Origin: Chitinophagaceae bacterium
Lineage (GTDB): Bacteria; Bacteroidota; Bacteroidia; Chitinophagales; Chitinophagaceae
DNA length: 64,000 bases
Reading direction: 5' to 3'
Assembly (NCBI GenBank): GCA_041691395.1
Contig: JBEPUT010000012.1
Location: 1,575 to 65,574 of the forward strand
Positions 58,523-64,000 of this stretch are shown here, piece by piece. Made by a program: the position numbers and the translations under genes. The notes under the pieces are model-generated. The model was not told the origin of the DNA and searched no databases. It saw only the letters and a list, made by a program, of their open reading frames with translations. How positions within the stretch are numbered: the stretch's first letter is position 1; each line of letters starts with the position of its first letter.

Positions 58523-60046
58523 TTATTTAAATCTGAAAGAATACAGGTCGGCATCTTTCAAATAGATATGCAAACGGACCGGTTTATTTGCCAACGCCTC
58601 CAGATTTTGATTTCCATTCCAAGATACGATTCTTGCTATTTCATTGCCGATCAGGCTTTGTTTATCCTTTAGGGTGAACCCGGGAACCGGATCGCCATTT
58701 TCATCCTGTATTTCTATACGGATCTCTCCTGCCGCAGAAGTCGCGTAATTGATTTCAAGCTCCTGTCCGGAAAAGATAAAGGGCTTGGTGACCAGCTCTC
58801 CTCCTTTATATGGCCCATAGACGGAAGTGAACCCATCGAGCCTCAAAGTGTAGCGCTCCAGGCAAGCAGTAGGCTGGGCATAATCCTTATTTACATAGAT
58901 CGACATTTCTTCCTGTCCGGTCTGAACCACATTCAGCGCAGGATAATTCGTTCTGGAAACCCAGTCGCCTAAACCGGTACCCGGACGAATGAACGATTCC
59001 ATAAACATTCGGCTGTAACGATTTCCTCCCCGGCTCGTCATGAAATAAGCATCCGACACATCATGAAAATATCCTGGTTCCACCTTTAATTTTGAGGCTT
59101 GTTCACTAGTCAACACCTGGCGCCCCTCCATAAGTCTTCCGCCTATCGCAATATATATTTGCGGCGCCCTGAAATACGGGCTGGTTTGTTGTGTATAAAG
59201 TTGTTCGGGAGGCGTATCGCCAAAAGTCATGGCCACCGGTTCAGACCAATGAACAAAGTCAGGCGACGTGATGCGGCTGACTGTGCGGTAACCTTTATAT
59301 CCCGTACCCGACCAGGTTCGGAAATAACAAGCATATAATCCTTCACTTTCTGACCAGAAACATACATTCTGCGAATCAAACATTCCGTTTTTGGTAATGG
59401 GTTCATTTTTGAATTTCTTCCAGTGGATCCCATCGGATGAAACAAAAGCAAATAATCCACCCCCTTCCGAAGTCCCTCCCATCGCTTTATATTTCTGATC
59501 AGCCGGCGTATTGGGACTGCTATCCAGAAAGGGTGAAAAATTATGCGTTGCCGATTCCCGGGCCAGGATGACATTATTTTCGAAATCACCATCAATCTTA
59601 TGCAATTTCAACAGAGGCTTCACCCAATGGATCCCATCTTTCGATTCTGCATAGCAGGTTGTTGACAAATGTTTATCCAGTTCGATCGCCGTCGCTTTGG
59701 TAACTTTTGATTGCTTTTTACCGGCCGGTGCGACATATTTTTTATCCGAAGGCATTCCCCTGTAATAGGCGCGGTATAGTGGCCCATCTTTTATTATGGT
59801 CGTATAACCGCAGAAAACACCTTCCCACGGCTTATTAAAATATATGACCGTTCCCTTGTCATTCGGTCTGTGCATGACGATCTGTGCTCCTTCAAGGGTA
59901 TCCACCAGGTAATGATCAACAAAAATAACCCGCTTCGTTCCCAATGTAATAACACGATCATCCTGCCCGAAACTGATACCAGGATGGTATAAAAAACAGA
60001 ACAGTACCAGGGATAATCGTATTAAGCGTTTTTGCATAAATTTCAT
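58523..60046 (-). CDS. Secreted five-bladed beta-propeller putative glycoside hydrolase (paralog B1)
   Basis: PWEG, YRAYYRG, AESKDGIHW.KP, FDSQN and LRLDGF.S...GG.L.TKP motifs. Confidence 0.7.
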   Translation of the reverse strand: MKFMQKRLIRLSLVLFCFLYHPGISFGQDDRVITLGTKRVIFVDHYLVDTLEGAQIVMHRPNDKGTVIYFNKPWEGVFCGYTTIIKDGPLYRAYYRGMPSDKKYVAPAGKKQSKVTKATAIELDKHLSTTCYAESKDGIHWVKPLLKLHKIDGDFENNVILARESATHNFSPFLDSSPNTPADQKYKAMGGTSEGGGLFAFVSSDGIHWKKFKNEPITKNGMFDSQNVCFWSESEGLYACYFRTWSGTGYKGYRTVSRITSPDFVHWSEPVAMTFGDTPPEQLYTQQTSPYFRAPQIYIAIGGRLMEGRQVLTSEQASKLKVEPGYFHDVSDAYFMTSRGGNRYSRMFMESFIRPGTGLGDWVSRTNYPALNVVQTGQEEMSIYVNKDYAQPTACLERYTLRLDGFTSVYGPYKGGELVTKPFIFSGQELEINYATSAAGEIRIEIQDENGDPVPGFTLKDKQSLIGNEIARIVSWNGNQNLEALANKPVRLHIYLKDADLYSFRFK

Positions 60047-60082
60047 TTTAAACTAAATGGGATCCAGACATCCGCCTGCGGT

Positions 60083-61678
60083 TTATTTCTGAAATTGGAA
60101 TGAATAGAGATCAGCATCTTTTAAGACAAACCGCAGCTGTACGGGTTTGCCCTCCAGCGCATGCACATCGCTGCCAGTTTCCCAGATCACGGCCCGTTCA
60201 ATATTGTCTCCAAAAACAGGTGCACAATCTTTCAGTTCAAATCCGGGTACCGGATTTCCACTCGTATCCTGGATCTCCACCTGAATACTGCCTGCAGCAG
60301 ACGTGGAAAAATTCAGCGATAATTTTTTGCCCTCAAAAAAGAAAGGTTTGGTTGTCAGGCTGCCCCCTTCCATCGGCGCATGAACTGAAACGAAACCATC
60401 CATGCGCAGGGTGTAACGCCGAAGATCGCTAGTGGGTGCATTACTCGTCCAGGAGCTTTCCGTTGCATACAAAGAAAGTTCATCGGGAGCGCCTTTTAGG
60501 TCAGATTTTGTTTCGATGATCCCCCATCCGATATATTGCTGCCCGTAATTCCAGGTTCCGTCCCGTTCGATACCAGGACGAAGAAAACTTTCATCCCAGC
60601 GCTGAAACTGAACTCCATCACGGCTGCTCATCAGCATGGCGTCCGTGAGGGCGGTTCCGTACCGGAGGGAATGGCTGCTGCGCAAAGTCCGGTGTTCAAG
60701 CTGAGGCAGAGCCCGCATGGAAGGGGACCATCCGCGTTCAATATAACGCGTTGGCAATCCGATGAAAAGATAAGGCGCGCGGAAATAGGGCTTGACCTGG
60801 TTGGTATAAAGTTCTATCGGCAGGGAGTCTTCATAACTTACATCTTTCATTTCGCTCCAGTGAAGGAAATCCTTTGAAACAGCCGTACGTACTGCCCGGT
60901 AACCTCCCTTTGTTAATGTTTGCGCGTTTGTTCCGCCTTTAAAATAGCGCCAGTATGCGCGGTATTCGTTGCGGGTGCTGTCCCAAAAGGCAATATTCTG
61001 CGAGTCGAACGCGCCTTCCGTGATTACCGGAGTCTTGCTCATCGGTAACCAGTGAACCGCGTCAGATGATTTAAAAGCAAGCAACCCTTTGGGTTTCTGC
61101 GAACAAACGATGGCCTTGTACCGCGAATCGGGATGTGCTTCCGGGTTCCCGTCTTTAAACATGGAAGCATTGTCACCCATATTGAGCTGCAGGCCACCGA
61201 TCTCTCCACTGGCCAGGACAATATTATTTTTTTTGGAACCTTTATACTCGTAAAGACCCAAATCCGGTTTACGCCAGTGGATGCCATCAGCGCTCTCTGC
61301 ATAACAGATATAAAACGGATGGTCATTAATGAATTTATCGGGAGTCAGTGTAATCTGTGAACCGCGATAATACATCCGGAAAAGATCGCCGTCTTTGAAG
61401 ACGCTATGGTATCCGCTGGTATTGCCCTCCCAGGGTTCATTATGTACAACGGCAACTTCCCGGAGTTCCGGATGATGCAATATGCGTTCGGCCTTCCCGG
61501 AAAGATCCTTCACCAAAAATTCATCCAAAAATAATTGCCGCTGCATGCCGATATCAGGTGTGCCGGAAGCCCGGCCATTTGCCTGCTGAGCAAAAGACGG
61601 ACAGGCAAAGGTCATACAACCGGCAAGCGCCCATGCAAAATGAAAGATTGATTGCCTGCTGAATGGTTTTTTCTTCAT
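60083..61678 (-). CDS. Secreted five-bladed beta-propeller putative glycoside hydrolase (paralog B2)
   Basis: Same motif set as B1 and B3, with a signal peptide. Confidence 0.7.
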   Translation of the reverse strand: MKKKPFSRQSIFHFAWALAGCMTFACPSFAQQANGRASGTPDIGMQRQLFLDEFLVKDLSGKAERILHHPELREVAVVHNEPWEGNTSGYHSVFKDGDLFRMYYRGSQITLTPDKFINDHPFYICYAESADGIHWRKPDLGLYEYKGSKKNNIVLASGEIGGLQLNMGDNASMFKDGNPEAHPDSRYKAIVCSQKPKGLLAFKSSDAVHWLPMSKTPVITEGAFDSQNIAFWDSTRNEYRAYWRYFKGGTNAQTLTKGGYRAVRTAVSKDFLHWSEMKDVSYEDSLPIELYTNQVKPYFRAPYLFIGLPTRYIERGWSPSMRALPQLEHRTLRSSHSLRYGTALTDAMLMSSRDGVQFQRWDESFLRPGIERDGTWNYGQQYIGWGIIETKSDLKGAPDELSLYATESSWTSNAPTSDLRRYTLRMDGFVSVHAPMEGGSLTTKPFFFEGKKLSLNFSTSAAGSIQVEIQDTSGNPVPGFELKDCAPVFGDNIERAVIWETGSDVHALEGKPVQLRFVLKDADLYSFQFQK

Positions 61679-61725
61679 ACCTAATCAAATCGTATTGCAA
61701 ATTATTCCGGAATGCCGTTATCCGG

Positions 61726-63297
61726 TTATTGAAACCGGAATGAATAGAGATCAGCGTCTTTTAAAACAAACCGCAACCGCACCGGTTTGTTCTCCAGCGA
61801 ATGGAGATCGCTGTCTTTCTTCCAGGTTATGGTACGATCCAGGGTATCACCAAAGATGGGCGCACAATCATCCAGGCCGAAACCCGGCAGCGGTTTACCG
61901 TTGGTATCCTGTATTTCAACCTGTATACTGCCTGCGGCGGAACTGGAAAAATTCAGCGACAGTGTGTTGCCGCGGAAAAGAACAAGTTTAGTGATCAGGC
62001 CGCCTCCCTCCATGGAGGCATGAGCGGAAACAAAACCATCCAGCCGAAGTGTATAACGACGCAACCTTACGCCCATGGGACGTTGGGACTGGTAGTCTTC
62101 TGTAGCATAAAGGGAAAGTTCGTCGGGTGCTCCTTCGAGATCAGACTTTGTTTCGATCATTCCCCACGCGCTGTACTGCTGTCCATAATTCCACGTGCCT
62201 TCCCGTTCAATGCCCGGTCGGAGAAAAGTTTCTGTCCAGCGTCTGAAGTTTTCGCCGTCGAGGCTGGCCATGATCATTCCTTCGGTCACAGCAGTTCCCT
62301 CCCGTACACTTACACTGGATCGCAGTTCGCGGTAGGCAAACTCGGGAAGGTCGCGCATAGATTGCGACCAGCCGCGATCAATATACCGTGTCGGGAGGCC
62401 GATGAGCAGGTCAGGAGCGCGGTAGTACGGTTTTACCTGGTTTGTATAGAGTTGCACCAGCATTGTATCCAAATACTTCAGATCCGCATGATGGTCCCAA
62501 TGGACGAAGTCCGTGGATGTTGCCGTCCGGATATCCCGGAGATGGTTTTTATATATTCGCCAGTAGGCCCGGTATTCCTTATGGACGCTATCCCAGAAAG
62601 CAATATTCTGGGAATCGAATTCTCCGTCTGTGATTACCGGTTCATGGGTAATGGGCAACCAGTGAATCGCATCGGCTGACTTGAAAACAAACAGCCCCTT
62701 TGGTTTTTCTGAACAAACAATGGCTTTATAACGGGCATCTGGTGAAGCATCCGGGTTCTCATCTTTAAACATCGAAGCGTTATCGCTCAGGTTCAGTTGA
62801 ATACCACCGACATTTCCGTTGGCCAGCACGATATTATTGTGCTTCGAACCCTTGAATTTATAGAGGCCTAAATCCGGTTTACGCCAGTGAATACCATCGT
62901 TGCTCTCTGCATAACAAAAGCGATTATGCAGATCAGCATCCGTTTCGTTTTTGTGGCCATTCTCGAATCTTTCCACATTCACCGCACGGTAGTACATGCG
63001 GTAGAGATCAGCATCTCTGAAAATGCTGAAATAATTACTACCGCTGCCTTCCCAGGAACTGTCGCATGTCAGGATAATCTCCCGTGGAACCGGGTGATGC
63101 AGGCGTAATCCTGCTTTACCAGTAAACCTATCCACCAGAAAATCATCAACAAACAATTCCCGGTTCATACCGATATTCACCACGCCAATGCGGGAATTAT
63201 CCGTTTGCTGAGCATTGACGGGATTCAGGAGAAACATCAGGCACGCCGTAACCAATGACATCAAAAAAATGCATGCCCGATGTTCTATTTTCTTCAT
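61726..63297 (-). CDS. Secreted five-bladed beta-propeller putative glycoside hydrolase (paralog B3)
   Basis: Same motif set. Likely start is MKKIEHRAC at 63297, which gives a normal signal peptide. Confidence 0.7.
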   Translation of the reverse strand: MKKIEHRACIFLMSLVTACLMFLLNPVNAQQTDNSRIGVVNIGMNRELFVDDFLVDRFTGKAGLRLHHPVPREIILTCDSSWEGSGSNYFSIFRDADLYRMYYRAVNVERFENGHKNETDADLHNRFCYAESNDGIHWRKPDLGLYKFKGSKHNNIVLANGNVGGIQLNLSDNASMFKDENPDASPDARYKAIVCSEKPKGLFVFKSADAIHWLPITHEPVITDGEFDSQNIAFWDSVHKEYRAYWRIYKNHLRDIRTATSTDFVHWDHHADLKYLDTMLVQLYTNQVKPYYRAPDLLIGLPTRYIDRGWSQSMRDLPEFAYRELRSSVSVREGTAVTEGMIMASLDGENFRRWTETFLRPGIEREGTWNYGQQYSAWGMIETKSDLEGAPDELSLYATEDYQSQRPMGVRLRRYTLRLDGFVSAHASMEGGGLITKLVLFRGNTLSLNFSSSAAGSIQVEIQDTNGKPLPGFGLDDCAPIFGDTLDRTITWKKDSDLHSLENKPVRLRFVLKDADLYSFRFQ

Positions 63298-63371
63298 GCC
63301 TATGGAAGCGAGACCGGTGATCAACACCTGAATCCCGGTTATCCGCTTCGTGATTGATTTGTTTTCTGATT

Positions 63372-64000
63372 TCAATACCCTGGATTTTGAACAGTTTTAG
63401 GCTCCAGACTTAAAATGCTTAAGGAAAGCGGCCAGATAAATTTGTACTCGCTGCCTGGATTCGTTTTAAAATAGGGGATCAGTTCATCTGCTTTATTAAA
63501 TCGCAGGATATCCCACCAGCGCTTTCCTTCGTAAACCAATTCCAGCAGGCGCTCGTTGAGAATTAATGAATCATTTACTTCCTGGGTACCATTTACAAAA
63601 GTATGGCTGCCGAAATTGCTGCCGAAGGCGCGGGCCCTGACCGCATTCATCTCCGCAGACGGATCCTGGTTCAGCGCATTTTCCGCTTCTGCCTTTAACA
63701 GTAAAATATCCGCATACCGGTATATCACCACATCATCAAAAAAATGCCTGATGCCATTATCGATCATACCATCAAACTTCCTCTGCACGGTGGCAAAGTA
63801 ATTGGTATAAAGGCCGGTCGCCGGATCTACCCCGTATACATCGATATAAGATGCTCTTTTACGCAGGTCATCATCACTGAACTTGGACCGGGTATCACTT
63901 GTCAGCGTCCAATAATTATCTCCCCCGAGTACACCGAGGGAATCCCTTGTTGCGGGAGAAATATTAGCAGGCAATCCGCTGTATACATACATATTAGCCA
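63372..64000 (-). CDS. susD: RagB/SusD-family lipoprotein, C-terminal part (5' end outside the window)
   Basis: IYRYADILLLKAEA, MNAVRARA, ILNERLLELVYEGKRWWDILR, WPL and QNPGY. Confidence 0.93.
   Translation of the reverse strand, partial: ANMYVYSGLPANISPATRDSLGVLGGDNYWTLTSDTRSKFSDDDLRKRASYIDVYGVDPATGLYTNYFATVQRKFDGMIDNGIRHFFDDVVIYRYADILLLKAEAENALNQDPSAEMNAVRARAFGSNFGSHTFVNGTQEVNDSLILNERLLELVYEGKRWWDILRFNKADELIPYFKTNPGSEYKFIWPLSLSILSLEPKTVQNPGY

Noticed and set aside
1-64000. CRISPR array, rRNA, IS transposase, recognisable defence system
   Set aside because: I saw no regularly spaced repeat-spacer array, no rRNA-like sequence and no DDE or defence motifs.

Overview
This is a Bacteroidota window, probably Chitinophagaceae (inferred from rpsA, the SusD gene, CTn-type mob genes and TAnnTTTG promoters). 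It has four blocks. (1) 1-1.1 kb: the edge of an integrative element at the 3' end of tRNA-Val(GAC), with a tyrosine integrase that the ORF track missed and four 12-bp arm-type repeats. (2) 1.3-19.9 kb: core chromosome, with an RND efflux triplet, proline dehydrogenase, dipeptide epimerase, thioesterase, rpsA, OsmC, a two-component pair, an oxidoreductase and three decayed gene remnants. (3) From 20.0 kb: a mobilizable or conjugative element at tRNA-Leu(CAG), ordered int, xis, mobC-mobB-mobA, an RP4-like oriT, then a putative leading region. The leading region carries radC, a ParB-like gene, two ssb genes, yraN and comM, and two of its intergenic regions fold into large stem-loops. No right att site or tra genes are visible. 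(4) 35.7-64 kb: the distal part of a SusD-containing utilization locus, with five uncharacterised beta-propeller paralogs, a GH20 and an (alpha/alpha)6 hydrolase. It also holds a cytoplasmic catabolic set: DapA- and HpcH-type aldolases, two class-III aminotransferases, an amidohydrolase, an FAD oxidase, RidA, 3-hydroxybutyrate dehydrogenase, two 3-hydroxyacyl-CoA-dehydrogenase-like genes and an MFS permease. The two best candidates for undescribed systems are the element-borne SSB-ComM-YraN module and a possible catabolic pathway for N-acylated (di)amino sugar acids such as pseudaminic or legionaminic acid. No searches were run. All family calls rest on motif recognition.
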